In this document: piece by piece, positions 8,599-18,786 of the stretch | Numbering within the stretch: position 1 is the first letter of the stretch | Layout: each line of letters begins with the position of its first letter | Program-made: the position numbers and the translations under genes | Notes under the pieces: model-generated | What the model was told of the DNA's origin: nothing | Database searches by the model: none | Seen by the model: only the letters and a program-made list of their open reading frames with translations | Origin: Candidatus Aenigmatarchaeota archaeon | Lineage (GTDB): Archaea > Aenigmatarchaeota > Aenigmatarchaeia > Aenigmatarchaeales > JACQIB01 | Direction of reading: 5' to 3' | Length of the DNA stretch: 64,000 bases | NCBI GenBank assembly: GCA_016198755.1 | Contig: JACQIB010000003.1 | Location: forward strand, 1 to 64,000

Positions 8599-11500
8599 AT
8601 GAAAGGGGTTCTTGTTTTCACCATTTTAGTTATTTCCCTATTCTCAGTTTCAGCATTTGCTCTTTCACCTATTCCTCTACAGGTTTCAACTTCTCTGGAC
8701 AAAAGCTCTCTTGGTGTTGGTGAAAAACTTATTGTAAGCTCAAAAGTCTCCTATGATGGAACCATGCTCACAAATGCAACAGTGTCAATGTGGGTGGAAC
8801 AGGCAGGCTCAAAGGTGGCTATATTGTCTCCGGCAGTTTCCGGTGGCGTATACACAGCCGGTTATGTTCCAGATAAAGCAGGCTCCTTTAAGGTTAATGT
8901 AAACGCTACATATGGGGAATTTTATGCCACAAGTTCTACAGATTTTTCTGTCCAATCAGTACAGACAACTGTTACAACTTCAACTACTATTCCGCCCAAA
9001 GCCATTTCAGATACAGTGAAAAACCTGAATACCAGATACTTTCCTGCAGATTATTTTGAGCCAAGGATAACAATAACAGATGAGAATGGAAAAGTTGTAA
9101 CAGATGCTTCTGTTGCAGGCAGTATTTCCCAGAATGGCGTGAACATACAAACTCTCTATTTCTTTTATTCAAATCTCTGCGATTGTTACAAGTCTTCAGC
9201 TTATTTGAAAGAGAGCATGATTGGAGGTTATTCGTTGGACTTTACAGCCACCAAATCAGGCTATCCCTCCCTGAAAAAAAGCTATCCGTTTACAATAGAT
9301 AAACCAACACTTCTCGTAACTGTCAAGTCTGAAAAAGAGACATATTACGGGGAGGAAAATGCAGTGTTTTACATAACAGCCACAGACAAATCCGGAACAT
9401 CAGTTGACGCTTCTTTTTCCGGAGAATTAAGAGACGAGAAGGGCTTTCTTATAAATCAGGTATATCCATTCAGAGACGGAAATCAGTATAAATACAGCTA
9501 TTATATTGGAAGGGATCAAGTAGGGAAGACGCTTACACTTAAAATAACAGGTACATGGAAAGAACAAAAAACAGATTCTTCAGTTTCCATAGCAATACAA
9601 AAAAGAACGCTTTCTGTGGACGTTTCACTTTCCAGTGAAAATCTGAAAGCCGGAGACTATTTGCGCGGGAAAATAAAGGTAACAGACCAGTTTGGAACTG
9701 CTGTAAAGGATGCTTTCGTGGATGCTAATCTGTTCGATCCGCAGGGAAAGAGCATTTCCTATTTCACATCAAGTTTCAAAGATGGTGTATACGAGCTTGA
9801 TCAAAGAAGAGTTGAAGATTGGTTTTCAAGCGGAACATATATTTTAAAGATAAAAATCGACAAAACTGGAGATACAAGCTTTATAGAAAAGAAAATAACT
9901 ATACAGAAAGACAAGCTGGGTCTTATAATTGAGTTCGATAAACCCAACTACAGGCCGGGTGACAGGGTTTTTGTTAAGTTTCTTGTTACTTCCCCAACAG
10001 GAGAGGTTCTGAGTGATGCATTTGTATCAGGTGAACTTTTCCCACTGACAACCGAAACAAGAAAGCTTCCGGAATTCCCACCACAACCACAAGTCTGCAG
10101 GAATTACATAAATCCACAAGGTCCGATATTTTACAAAGGTCAGTTTATACAAAAATACTATGTTGGAGAAACCTTCCTAAATGACTTTTGTCCAGAAGGA
10201 AAATATGCGCTTAGAATTAAAGTAGAAAGGCAGGGATACGAGCCAATAACAGAAGAGAGGGAGATAGAAGTAACACTCACAAACATGCTTATGGAAACCG
10301 GCACTAAGGTTACAGCAGAAGTTGATGCAAGAGTGGATATGTATGCTGAATTAAAGGATGAGCGCGGAAACTTCATCAAGGACGCGCAGATATTTGGCTA
10401 TATTCACCCGGAAGCTGGAGGCGGATGCATAAAGAATTTTGATATGTTCTGGGACTTTAAAACAAACAGGTTTAGTTCAAACCAATATCTAAATAGGTAC
10501 GAGTGCCCTGAGGGCAATTATATCGTAGAGATAAATGCAAAGCACAGGAACTTCCGCCCAGTAAACACAACACAAGTTATTTTAGTAAAATACAATAAGA
10601 ATTTTGAATATAGGGATATAAGACCCATAGCAATCCCAGTGCCTATAGGACCCAATGGACCTCCACCTGAGCAGTGCCAAGTGGTTTCCTGTGGTCCAAA
10701 TTGTTTTGAAAAGTTTTGCGGTCCGCCAGCATGCACAAAAACTCAGGATGTTGCATGCGTTTCCAATTGTAAATCCCTTAACATAGAACAGGTAGGCATA
10801 CAGACAGTACAGACCTGTTTGCAGCAGTGTGAGAAGGAGCAGTGCAATTATCCTCAGTCATCCTCACAGGATGACATAAGGCAAAAGCTTGACCAGATAC
10901 AAAAGGATGTGAGGGATACAAAGCAGCAGGTCAATGTTGTTGAAGGATTGTTAAGGTCTATAATAGATTTCATAAACTCTCTATTTGGAACCAAGACAGC
11001 AGAAATAAGGCCGATTACAACACTCCCACCATCAACTTTTATTCAGACTCCAACAACCCCAATAGTAACATCAGTCCCACAGGTACCATTAACAAAACCT
11101 CTGCTTATAGACACATCTAATGCACCTCTAAAAGGCGGTTCAAAAGCAAAGGTTTCACTTATAATTTTCTCTGATTTTCAGGATCCATTCTATGGGCGCT
11201 TTATTAGAACAACTCTTCCTGATATAGAGAAAGAATATGTTTCAACAGGCAGAGTAAATATTTACTTCAAGCATTTCCCTCTGAGTTTCCACCCGGATGC
11301 ACAGAAAGCTTCTGAAGCTGCAGCATGTGCACAGGATCAGGGCAAATTCTGGGAATATCATGATTCTCTCATAAACAATCAGGCAGCTCTAGATTCAGAC
11401 AGCCTAAAGAAATATGCGCTTAGTCTTGGTCTTGATTCTGTAAAGTTTGACAGCTGCCTAGATTCTAGACTTAAGTTCTCTGTTGTCAACAAAGATATGC

Positions 11501-11625
11501 AGGAAGCAGAGAAGATTGGTGTTTCAGGCAGTCCAACCTTCTTTACGAAGAACAAAATGCTCGTGGGTGCTCAGCCATATCCAGACTTTAAAGCCCTATT
11601 AGACAGTGAATTGTCAATTGCCTAA
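8599..11625 (+). CDS. Large secreted protein: tandem Ig/MG-like repeats, Cys-rich segment, coiled coil, Pro/Thr linker, C-terminal DsbA-like domain lacking CxxC
   Basis: Signal peptide; repeated beta domains; SDFQDPFY, KHFPL.FH, A.CA.DQGKFWEYHD, GVSGSPTF. Confidence 0.8.
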   Translation: MKGVLVFTILVISLFSVSAFALSPIPLQVSTSLDKSSLGVGEKLIVSSKVSYDGTMLTNATVSMWVEQAGSKVAILSPAVSGGVYTAGYVPDKAGSFKVNVNATYGEFYATSSTDFSVQSVQTTVTTSTTIPPKAISDTVKNLNTRYFPADYFEPRITITDENGKVVTDASVAGSISQNGVNIQTLYFFYSNLCDCYKSSAYLKESMIGGYSLDFTATKSGYPSLKKSYPFTIDKPTLLVTVKSEKETYYGEENAVFYITATDKSGTSVDASFSGELRDEKGFLINQVYPFRDGNQYKYSYYIGRDQVGKTLTLKITGTWKEQKTDSSVSIAIQKRTLSVDVSLSSENLKAGDYLRGKIKVTDQFGTAVKDAFVDANLFDPQGKSISYFTSSFKDGVYELDQRRVEDWFSSGTYILKIKIDKTGDTSFIEKKITIQKDKLGLIIEFDKPNYRPGDRVFVKFLVTSPTGEVLSDAFVSGELFPLTTETRKLPEFPPQPQVCRNYINPQGPIFYKGQFIQKYYVGETFLNDFCPEGKYALRIKVERQGYEPITEEREIEVTLTNMLMETGTKVTAEVDARVDMYAELKDERGNFIKDAQIFGYIHPEAGGGCIKNFDMFWDFKTNRFSSNQYLNRYECPEGNYIVEINAKHRNFRPVNTTQVILVKYNKNFEYRDIRPIAIPVPIGPNGPPPEQCQVVSCGPNCFEKFCGPPACTKTQDVACVSNCKSLNIEQVGIQTVQTCLQQCEKEQCNYPQSSSQDDIRQKLDQIQKDVRDTKQQVNVVEGLLRSIIDFINSLFGTKTAEIRPITTLPPSTFIQTPTTPIVTSVPQVPLTKPLLIDTSNAPLKGGSKAKVSLIIFSDFQDPFYGRFIRTTLPDIEKEYVSTGRVNIYFKHFPLSFHPDAQKASEAAACAQDQGKFWEYHDSLINNQAALDSDSLKKYALSLGLDSVKFDSCLDSRLKFSVVNKDMQEAEKIGVSGSPTFFTKNKMLVGAQPYPDFKALLDSELSIA

Positions 11626-11756
11626 TCATTCATCTCCTTTTTCATTTTCCTTATATTCTGCAGCAATTGTTCTCTGTCTATACCAAGCTTTCCAGCAGCT
11701 TCATCCAATATAGCTTCTTTCTTCCTTAAAACTTCTACTTTCTTTTTTTCCATCAT
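11622..11756 (-). CDS. Small helical protein (44 aa), absent from the ORF track
   Basis: MMEKKKVEVLRKKEAILDEAAGKLGIDREQLLQNIRKMKKEMND; ATGA overlap with upstream HAD gene; fills the gap exactly. Confidence 0.65.
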   Translation of the reverse strand: MMEKKKVEVLRKKEAILDEAAGKLGIDREQLLQNIRKMKKEMND

Positions 11757-12409
11757 ACCAACCTCAGTCTTGTTATATTGTTTAGCAGCATAAATGGCTT
11801 TAGTTTTTTTCCCTGCTTCTTGTGCAGTGCCCCAGTAAGAACAATAACTGTCTTTATTCCAGTCCTCTTACCCATTATGTAATCATTCATTGCATCCCCA
11901 GCATACAAAACCTCCCTCTTTCTAAACCCAAAACGCTTCAAAACTTTTTTCAACATCTCAGGTGCTGGTTTTCCTCTTCTAACTTTATCATCCCCTATAA
12001 CGTAGTCAAAATATTTGTATATACCCATGAACTTAAGCCAGTTATTTACAACTTTTGTGTCATTCCCAGAAGCTACAGCCAATTTTATTCCATTTAGTTT
12101 GAGTTTTGCCAAAAACTTATCTAATCCCTTTATTTTCCTGAAATTTTTAGGATAGTTTTTATCTAAAATTATCTTATAGAAATTTTCCAAAACCTCCTTT
12201 TTCCTACCATCTGCTCCGCACAGTTCATCTACTATCTCCACATATCCGCGCCCCATCTCTTTCAATACATCCAGTTTTGTTGGGGCTTTGTATCCTGCGC
12301 TAAGCATGGCCTTTCTCCAGGAAACAGCATGTATATGTGAAGACCTTGTAAGTGTTCCGTCAAAATCTGTTACAAGAAGTTTTATTCCATTAATTCCTTT
12401 CTTACCCAC
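11753..12409 (-). CDS. HAD-superfamily phosphatase (Gph-like)
   Basis: DFDGTL, VASG, KPAP, GDAMND. Confidence 0.92.
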   Translation of the reverse strand: MGKKGINGIKLLVTDFDGTLTRSSHIHAVSWRKAMLSAGYKAPTKLDVLKEMGRGYVEIVDELCGADGRKKEVLENFYKIILDKNYPKNFRKIKGLDKFLAKLKLNGIKLAVASGNDTKVVNNWLKFMGIYKYFDYVIGDDKVRRGKPAPEMLKKVLKRFGFRKREVLYAGDAMNDYIMGKRTGIKTVIVLTGALHKKQGKKLKPFMLLNNITRLRLV

Positions 12410-15096
12410 TCCAACACCTCTCCAATCTTTTCTTTATTTTGTCCAATACCCTGCGCAAGCTCCTGTCTCCCCCCTCCCCTACCTCCAAGTTTCTCGCATG
12501 CAGTTTTCAAAACCTTCCCAACATCTACCCCAGTTTCAATAGCCTTTTTCCCAGCAGATGCAAATACAGAAATCCTTTCTCCGGAAATTATAAGGAATAT
12601 AACAGTATCATCTCCGCTAAGTTCCTTTGAAATTTTTTGTGCATCAGCCCCCTCCAAAGCTTTAATCAAAAACTTCAGTCCTTTTACTTCCTCAAACTTG
12701 AGCTGCGCAGCAGTTTCCTTTGCAGCAGCTTCTATTTTCCGTTCCTTTAGTTTCAAATGATTTTTCCAATCTACAAACAGCTTTTCTACAGCTTTTGGTA
12801 TTTTTCCCTCAGGCACATCCAAAATATCAGAAAGCTCTTTAATTTCCCTTCCCACTCCCTCCAGATGTTTTATTGCAGCAGGCCCAGCTTTGTAAACAAG
12901 TCTTACAGTCCCGTCAGCAGGCCTCTCAGCCTTTGTAATCAAAATAGGGAACAAATCTTTCGTATTGTTTCCGTGTGTCCCCCCACAAGCTTCGACACTA
13001 AAATCTCCTATCTGCACAATCCTTAACTTATCAGAAGGCACAGCAGCACCCTGATAAATTTTAAATCCAAATTTTTTCTCAGCTTTAGTGCGATCCCACA
13101 CTCTTTTATCAACATTTAAGCCCCTTTCAGCTACTTTATTAGCTAGGGTTTCAATCTTTTCAACATCTTCCTTGCTAAGTGGTTGATAGTGATCAATATC
13201 TAAATGTGCTCTTTCAGTGTCTTTCTTTGAACCCTCCTGCCAAACCCAAGGACCCAGAACTTTCCGTGCTGCTGCATTGATTACATGTGTTGCATCATGG
13301 TGCAGAGTAATCTGCCATCTGCGTTCCCAGTCAATTTTCCCTTTAATTATCTCCCCTACCTTGAAGTTTGGATTTTCAACAGCATGTACAATAACACCGT
13401 TGATCTTTTCCGAATCAAAAACTCTCTTCCCGTTTAGAGTTCCAAAATCCGGTTCCTGACCGCCGCCACGCGGATAGAAAAGGGTTTTATCCAGTACTAC
13501 AAATTTCCCCCCAATAATCTTCAACACTCTGGCCGAAAATTCCCGTTTTTCCATGTCTTCATAATAAAGCAGCTCTGTTTCAGGAAGACCTGATATATCT
13601 ATATCAGATACTTTCTTTTCTCCCTTTTCTACAGTATGCAGGTCAGCTACATTTGCCCAAAATCCAGCAGGAAGTTCTATCTTGAGGCCCTTTTCTGCTG
13701 CAACTTGTGCAATCAATTCGGGTGTTATGCCCTGGCTATCATACAATTCAGCAAGCTTATCTTCCGTTAGTTTTTCATGCCTGCCAAGAAGATTATCTAT
13801 AGCCCGTTTCGTTCGCTCCGTTGCATTCTTGTAACGTTTCTCTTCCACACCTATTATTTCATGTATTGCTGGCAGAGCTTCACGCAATTCCGGAAACATA
13901 GGCTTAAGAAATTCTGCCATCTTTTCAGTCGACCAATAAAGATCAAATGGAATGTTATATTTTTCAATAAAAGATAATGCTCTTCTCAAAATAACGCGCA
14001 GGTTATAGCCACCCCCGATATTTGATGGCAAACCACCATCAGCTATAGCAAGAGCCAAAGTTTTTGAATGGTCAGCAATAGAATAGAGGGCAGTCATAGG
14101 ATCTATTTTTTGTACAAGCTCAGACTTGTCAATTCCTAAAATATGGGCAATATCTTCGCGCGTTGCTTCTAAGTCAGGACATTCATCAAAGTTCAACCTT
14201 CCCGCAAGCTTAGAGTATCTAAGGAAAAGCTCCTTGTCGTATTTTATACCAGCTTTAGCTTTCATTTTATCTATAACTTCCCCATAAACAGCATCGTAAA
14301 TTGTTGGAGTACCTGCGCTGGCCCATACAAATCTTTCCAAGCCGGCTCCCATATCTATAACTTTTTGTTGCATAACAGTGTAGTTATCTGGAGAACCGGC
14401 AAATTCTGTGAAGACACAATTTCCAAGCTCAACACCAGCTATATGGTATTCTAGACTAGATCCAAATGCACCATGGCCCAGCCACGCATCTTCCAGGAAA
14501 TTTATTGCCTCAGGTTTTATTTTGAAAACTTCTGTAAGCATCCTATAGTCAAGTCCTATAGCATGGTCTTTCCAGTAACCTTGTTTTCCATCCCACAAGG
14601 CGCTTTGCTGTACCATACAGAATGATGTGTCAGCCCTGCCTGTGACGCCAATATTAGGAATGTTATTAAACCTAAGGCATGGTTGCAACATGATAGAAGG
14701 ATTAGCTGGAAATTCAAACGTCAATTTATTTCCGCTCATTCTGTAAAAATTTACAATACCCGCTATATTGAAGTATAGAGGATACCATCTGCAGAGTACA
14801 GGATATCTTTCCAGAGGCACATGTTCCTCCTTCACAAAGAACTTTCTTATAGCATCCCATGCACTGAAGTAGCTATATTTTTTAGGTATGAAGGGTTTTC
14901 CAAGAAATTCATATGGCCTGCAGGATGAGTCATTACATTTATCCTGATCTACAACAGCCCAGAACCATTTTCCGCAGTTTTTGCAGTTCTGCCTTTTGAA
15001 GCCATTCTCTCTGAGTATAGGTAAATCCCAGTATTTTTTCCAGTCTTTCTGGAAGTTGGCTAAAAGCTCTTTCTTCCCTGTGGGCATAAGAAACAC
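12382..15096 (-). CDS. alaS: Alanyl-tRNA synthetase (archaeal type)
   Basis: QPCLRF, IDMGAGLER, GGGYNLR, editing HDATH and CGGTH, C-terminal GGRGGG. Confidence 0.97.
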   Translation of the reverse strand: MFLMPTGKKELLANFQKDWKKYWDLPILRENGFKRQNCKNCGKWFWAVVDQDKCNDSSCRPYEFLGKPFIPKKYSYFSAWDAIRKFFVKEEHVPLERYPVLCRWYPLYFNIAGIVNFYRMSGNKLTFEFPANPSIMLQPCLRFNNIPNIGVTGRADTSFCMVQQSALWDGKQGYWKDHAIGLDYRMLTEVFKIKPEAINFLEDAWLGHGAFGSSLEYHIAGVELGNCVFTEFAGSPDNYTVMQQKVIDMGAGLERFVWASAGTPTIYDAVYGEVIDKMKAKAGIKYDKELFLRYSKLAGRLNFDECPDLEATREDIAHILGIDKSELVQKIDPMTALYSIADHSKTLALAIADGGLPSNIGGGYNLRVILRRALSFIEKYNIPFDLYWSTEKMAEFLKPMFPELREALPAIHEIIGVEEKRYKNATERTKRAIDNLLGRHEKLTEDKLAELYDSQGITPELIAQVAAEKGLKIELPAGFWANVADLHTVEKGEKKVSDIDISGLPETELLYYEDMEKREFSARVLKIIGGKFVVLDKTLFYPRGGGQEPDFGTLNGKRVFDSEKINGVIVHAVENPNFKVGEIIKGKIDWERRWQITLHHDATHVINAAARKVLGPWVWQEGSKKDTERAHLDIDHYQPLSKEDVEKIETLANKVAERGLNVDKRVWDRTKAEKKFGFKIYQGAAVPSDKLRIVQIGDFSVEACGGTHGNNTKDLFPILITKAERPADGTVRLVYKAGPAAIKHLEGVGREIKELSDILDVPEGKIPKAVEKLFVDWKNHLKLKERKIEAAAKETAAQLKFEEVKGLKFLIKALEGADAQKISKELSGDDTVIFLIISGERISVFASAGKKAIETGVDVGKVLKTACEKLGGRGGGRQELAQGIGQNKEKIGEVLEWVRKELME

Positions 15097-15160
15097 TGAT
15101 TTTCTATACTAAAATAGCTAACTGAGTAAGCAGTTTGGTTTCATAGCTAAAAACTAAAGC

Positions 15161-15463
15161 TCAACCGAACAAAGCTCCGAGTCCCTCCGCGGCTTGCTCT
15201 GCTTTTGCCTGCTGATCTTCCTCTTTCTTCTCTTCCTTCTTTGCCTCTCCCGCTCCTGCAGCTGGTGCTGAAGCAACAGCAACTGGCATTGCAGCCTTTG
15301 ATATAGCTTCTTCTATGTTAACGCCCTCTAGGCTCACAACCAAAGCCTTTACAAGAGCAGGGTCTGAATTACCGCCTGCAGCCTGTAGTACCTTTGTTAC
15401 ATTTGCCTCGCTTATCTGCTGCTTTGCATCATGGAGCAAAAGTGCACTGTATATTAATTGCAT
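15161..15463 (-). CDS. rpl12: 50S ribosomal stalk protein P1 (aL12)
   Basis: YSALLLH, Ala-rich hinge, acidic tail ending GLGALFG. Confidence 0.97.
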   Translation of the reverse strand: MQLIYSALLLHDAKQQISEANVTKVLQAAGGNSDPALVKALVVSLEGVNIEEAISKAAMPVAVASAPAAGAGEAKKEEKKEEDQQAKAEQAAEGLGALFG

Positions 15464-15477
15464 TTTTTCACCTCCTT

Positions 15478-16332
15478 TTATTTTTTAACTAAATTTTGTA
15501 AAGCTTTAGCCTGCCTTCCAGCCTTTGTTAAAACATCCTCTATAATCCCCTTATCCAAAATCCCAGCTTCCACTCCAACAGCTTTTGCTTCTCTGTAGGA
15601 TTTCGAAATCATAAGTTCTATTGTTTGCTTTGTTGGGAAGCCTGTGTTTACAGAGAGGTTAATACCATGCAGTGTCCCCATCTGTAAATCAGCCAGAACT
15701 TTATTCTCATCTATAGTCAAACTATCTTTACCATACACAATAGAATCCTCAAGCATGAAAGGCACATTCATACCCACTTCCATTGGCTGGATTTTTAACA
15801 TAGACAAAGCACCAGCCAAATCCGCGGAAATAACACCCCCCTTCTTTACAACAACCACATCCTTTGCAACAGCAATTTTTCCACCTTCAACTTTCGCAGG
15901 GATTTTAACTTTTGATAAAGCTGAAATAGCAGGTCCTGGAGGAATGTCTGTTGGCCCTGCCCGTACAGTTATATCATCTATTGCAATATCCCCGGGTTTT
16001 GCACTGGCCTTTGACTTGCTTTTTTGTATAAGCTTGAATATTCTGAATGGATTTTCAGTGGAAAATATAAGCGCAGGCTGTATTCCCAGTTTCTCTTTCA
16101 AAACAATCTTTTCAGGAACAATATCAAAAGCACGTTCAACAATGCTGCGTTTTGCAACCTTTATTTCTGCTTTCCCTCTCAGGCTAACCCTCATTTTTTG
16201 CAGTGCATTTGCAGGGAGTTTATACAGGTCAGCTATGCCTATAACAGGATATTTTTTCAGCATTTCAGCTAAATCTTTCACACCTTTTATTTTTGATTCC
16301 GGAGGCTTTGCTCTCCCTTTCTTATCAACCAT
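15478..16332 (-). CDS. rplP0: 50S ribosomal protein uL10 (P0)
   Basis: AKPGDIA..DITV.AGPT..PPGP; operon position. Confidence 0.95.
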   Translation of the reverse strand: MVDKKGRAKPPESKIKGVKDLAEMLKKYPVIGIADLYKLPANALQKMRVSLRGKAEIKVAKRSIVERAFDIVPEKIVLKEKLGIQPALIFSTENPFRIFKLIQKSKSKASAKPGDIAIDDITVRAGPTDIPPGPAISALSKVKIPAKVEGGKIAVAKDVVVVKKGGVISADLAGALSMLKIQPMEVGMNVPFMLEDSIVYGKDSLTIDENKVLADLQMGTLHGINLSVNTGFPTKQTIELMISKSYREAKAVGVEAGILDKGIIEDVLTKAGRQAKALQNLVKK

Positions 16333-16975
16333 TTTGTCCCACCTTTATTGGTTCTCCCATTGTCAGCTTCAGATAAACTGTCCTTATCTGTTCCTTTCCT
16401 TTTGGAGCAGCTCCCTCAACAGCTTTTATAACAGCTTCCACATTCTCAGCTATATCCCCATCTGCCATTTTTTCAGATCCAACAATACAGTTTAAAACAG
16501 GAGATTCCTTTACAGCAAGTCTTATTGTTCCTCTAAGGCGTTTAACAAAACCCGCAAGATCAGGAAGATTTGGCGGTATTGGTTTTGGCATCTTATTTCT
16601 GACAGCAAGCACAGGACCGAATGCCCTACCGACAGTTGGCATTAAAGGAGCTTCAGAAAGGAAAGCAAAACACTGCTTAGCAAGTGAACGTGCAGATTTT
16701 TTATCCCTAGAGTATCCTTCAATTTCATCCTTTTTAATAATAACAATATTTTCTATATTTTTTGCAGCAGGTATAAGTGCATCCAGAAACGCGCCAATTT
16801 TCAGCTCTTTTCCAATGCCTTTAGGGAGAGCAATTTCTACCTTTATCTTATTTTCAGGCTTTTTCATGTCCATTCCTTTCAAAGCTATAGACAAGTCAAA
16901 AGACTGGGAAAAGTTTCTCTTTCCTCCTTTCTCTCTAGCTTCCTTTACAGCTTTCAATATGGCTTCTGACGTCAT
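16325..16975 (-). CDS. rpl1: 50S ribosomal protein uL1
   Basis: RNFSQSFDL, GPVLAVRNKMP, YLKLTMG. Confidence 0.97.
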   Translation of the reverse strand: MTSEAILKAVKEAREKGGKRNFSQSFDLSIALKGMDMKKPENKIKVEIALPKGIGKELKIGAFLDALIPAAKNIENIVIIKKDEIEGYSRDKKSARSLAKQCFAFLSEAPLMPTVGRAFGPVLAVRNKMPKPIPPNLPDLAGFVKRLRGTIRLAVKESPVLNCIVGSEKMADGDIAENVEAVIKAVEGAAPKGKEQIRTVYLKLTMGEPIKVGQNG

Positions 16976-17061
16976 TTTTAAAACCTTCGCACGATTGCTC
17001 CTGCCTAGGCAGTGCTGCTATATCAATCCTAAAGAAAGTATTTAAACCTTTCCAAAGCTCC

Positions 17062-17565
17062 CTATTGCTGTACCTGTGGATGTACTTCCACATATTCTTC
17101 AGTTTCCTCTACTGCAGGTTCAGGTTCAGCAGCCCCTTCCAAAGCCCTCAGTCTGTCATCAAAAGCAGCAATAGCAGCAGAAAACCCCTTTTTCATGTCA
17201 CTCAGTCTATTTTCAATATCTATGGCCTTTTCAGCAACCCTATCCAAATGATCTTTTACCTCAGCTCTTACAGAATCTTTATGTTTTTCTAAACTCTCTT
17301 CAATTCCACCCAATGTAACATTTTGAGTTTCCTTTGTCTTTATGAAAGATACCATATCCAGTACATGTGTCTCTATTGTAGACAGCTTTTTTTCAAAAGC
17401 CCCAAAAACTTCATGATTTCCGTGCTTTCCAACTGAGTATTTTATTGCTACAAGATCAATTATCACAACTCCTGACAGAAGAACAATGACATTATAGCCT
17501 GCAGCCTGCACAGCAATCAGAATTAAGGCTAGTATAGATAATACCCACGAAAGCTTTGAGACCAT
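17062..17565 (-). CDS. Membrane-anchored coiled-coil hypothetical protein
   Basis: Two N-terminal hydrophobic segments, heptad-like C-half, acidic tail. Confidence 0.7.
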   Translation of the reverse strand: MVSKLSWVLSILALILIAVQAAGYNVIVLLSGVVIIDLVAIKYSVGKHGNHEVFGAFEKKLSTIETHVLDMVSFIKTKETQNVTLGGIEESLEKHKDSVRAEVKDHLDRVAEKAIDIENRLSDMKKGFSAAIAAFDDRLRALEGAAEPEPAVEETEEYVEVHPQVQQ

Positions 17566-17590
17566 AGCAAATTTAGTCCAATAAAAGGAT

Positions 17591-18076
17591 TTAAGCCTGT
17601 AATTTTGAGTCTAATTTACCCTCTTCTATCTCTTTCATTACTTCCTTCGGGTTCTTTTCATCTACCTGTGCCCCAAAGCTTACGCAGCTTCCAACAACCT
17701 GTTTTACACCAGCTTTCAGGCTTTTGCTCTTAAGGCTGCCTTCTTTTGACTTGGCGATTTTAACAACAGTATCAAATGAAACAGACCCAACAGGTGGTTC
17801 CTTCCAAGCTGTTTTTGCCAGCTTTTCAACCTTTAACTCTTTTTTTATCAGCTGTGAAACAGAGGGTGTTCCAACAGTAAGTTCAAACTCTTTTGTACCT
17901 GTATCCACAGAAACTTCCACTGGCACCTGTATACCTGCAAACTCTTTTGTTTTATCATTTATAGCAGAAACAATCTGCTGTATGTTCACTTTTAGCGGTG
18001 CAAGTGTTGGACCCAAAGGAGGTCCAGCAGAGGCTTTCCCTCCCTCAACCAATAATTTAAGATTTACTTTCCCCAC
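17591..18076 (-). CDS. rpl11: 50S ribosomal protein uL11
   Basis: GGKASAGPPLGP, FAGIQVPV; likely GTG start at 18076 after AAGGTGG. Confidence 0.95.
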   Translation of the reverse strand: MGKVNLKLLVEGGKASAGPPLGPTLAPLKVNIQQIVSAINDKTKEFAGIQVPVEVSVDTGTKEFELTVGTPSVSQLIKKELKVEKLAKTAWKEPPVGSVSFDTVVKIAKSKEGSLKSKSLKAGVKQVVGSCVSFGAQVDEKNPKEVMKEIEEGKLDSKLQA

Positions 18077-18524
18077 TTTTACCACCTTTTTCAAAGCTTT
18101 CTATAAGTCTTACAGAATCCAAAGGAACGCTTATAGGTATTGGAATTGCAGCTTCCAGCATTTCTATTGTTACTTCTTCTTTCGATTCATCCACCCTAGT
18201 AACCCTTCCTCTCTCATTCTTAAATGGACCACCCATGACCTCTACAATATCCCCTTTATTGATTTTTATCTCAGTTCTTTTAGTTTCCAAAAATCTCTTA
18301 ATATCAGCAAGTGCAACCTCTTTTCTTATTATTCCCCTTATATGCGGTATACCGGCAGCAGTCTTTTCTATACTTTCAATATTCCCTTCTACAAACAGGT
18401 ATCCCTTTAATTCCTCAGGATGGAAAACTGCCCTAACATCAGTTCCCATATTCCTTGCTCTGTTAGACAAAGTCTCAATAACAGCATTTTCCCTCCCAAC
18501 TGTTGTTCTTAATGTAACAATCAT
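18057..18524 (-). CDS. spt5: Transcription elongation factor Spt5 (NusG)
   Basis: RTTVGRE, LKGYLFVE, KOW motif GDIVEVMGGPFK. Confidence 0.97.
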   Translation of the reverse strand: MIVTLRTTVGRENAVIETLSNRARNMGTDVRAVFHPEELKGYLFVEGNIESIEKTAAGIPHIRGIIRKEVALADIKRFLETKRTEIKINKGDIVEVMGGPFKNERGRVTRVDESKEEVTIEMLEAAIPIPISVPLDSVRLIESFEKGGKSGESKS

Positions 18525-18725
18525 TTAAACACCCAAAACTTTTGATATTCCAAACTGGAAAAGCAGGAAAAGTGCAAATCCCATAAATCCAATAATCGCA
18601 ATCCCTATCGTTGTGACCCTTGCAGAAGTAACAAATTCTTCCTTATCTGGTTTTGTTGCCACTTCCATAACCCTTCTGTACTCTAACAATTTCTCCTTTA
18701 TTCGGGTAAAAAATCCTATTATCAT
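18525..18725 (-). CDS. secE: Protein translocase subunit SecE (Sec61 gamma)
   Basis: YRRV..VATKPD.EEF plus TM; ftsZ-secE-spt5 synteny. Confidence 0.95.
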   Translation of the reverse strand: MIIGFFTRIKEKLLEYRRVMEVATKPDKEEFVTSARVTTIGIAIIGFMGFALFLLFQFGISKVLGV

Positions 18726-18786
18726 TTTTCTCCCTCAGAACCATTTCCTATGGTATAGAAGAGTATTTAAGCCTTTTCTCTCCCCT

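Noticed and set aside
15644-16495. 283-aa + strand ORF
   Set aside because: Antisense shadow of rplP0/rpl1 with no recognisable motifs; the same applies to most short opposite-strand ORFs in the track.
16905-17010. L1 autoregulatory binding site in the rpl1 leader or early coding region
   Set aside because: GGAGCA-ATCG-TGCGAAG and the AAAG/CTTT pairing are suggestive, but the flanking stems are too weak to support a call.
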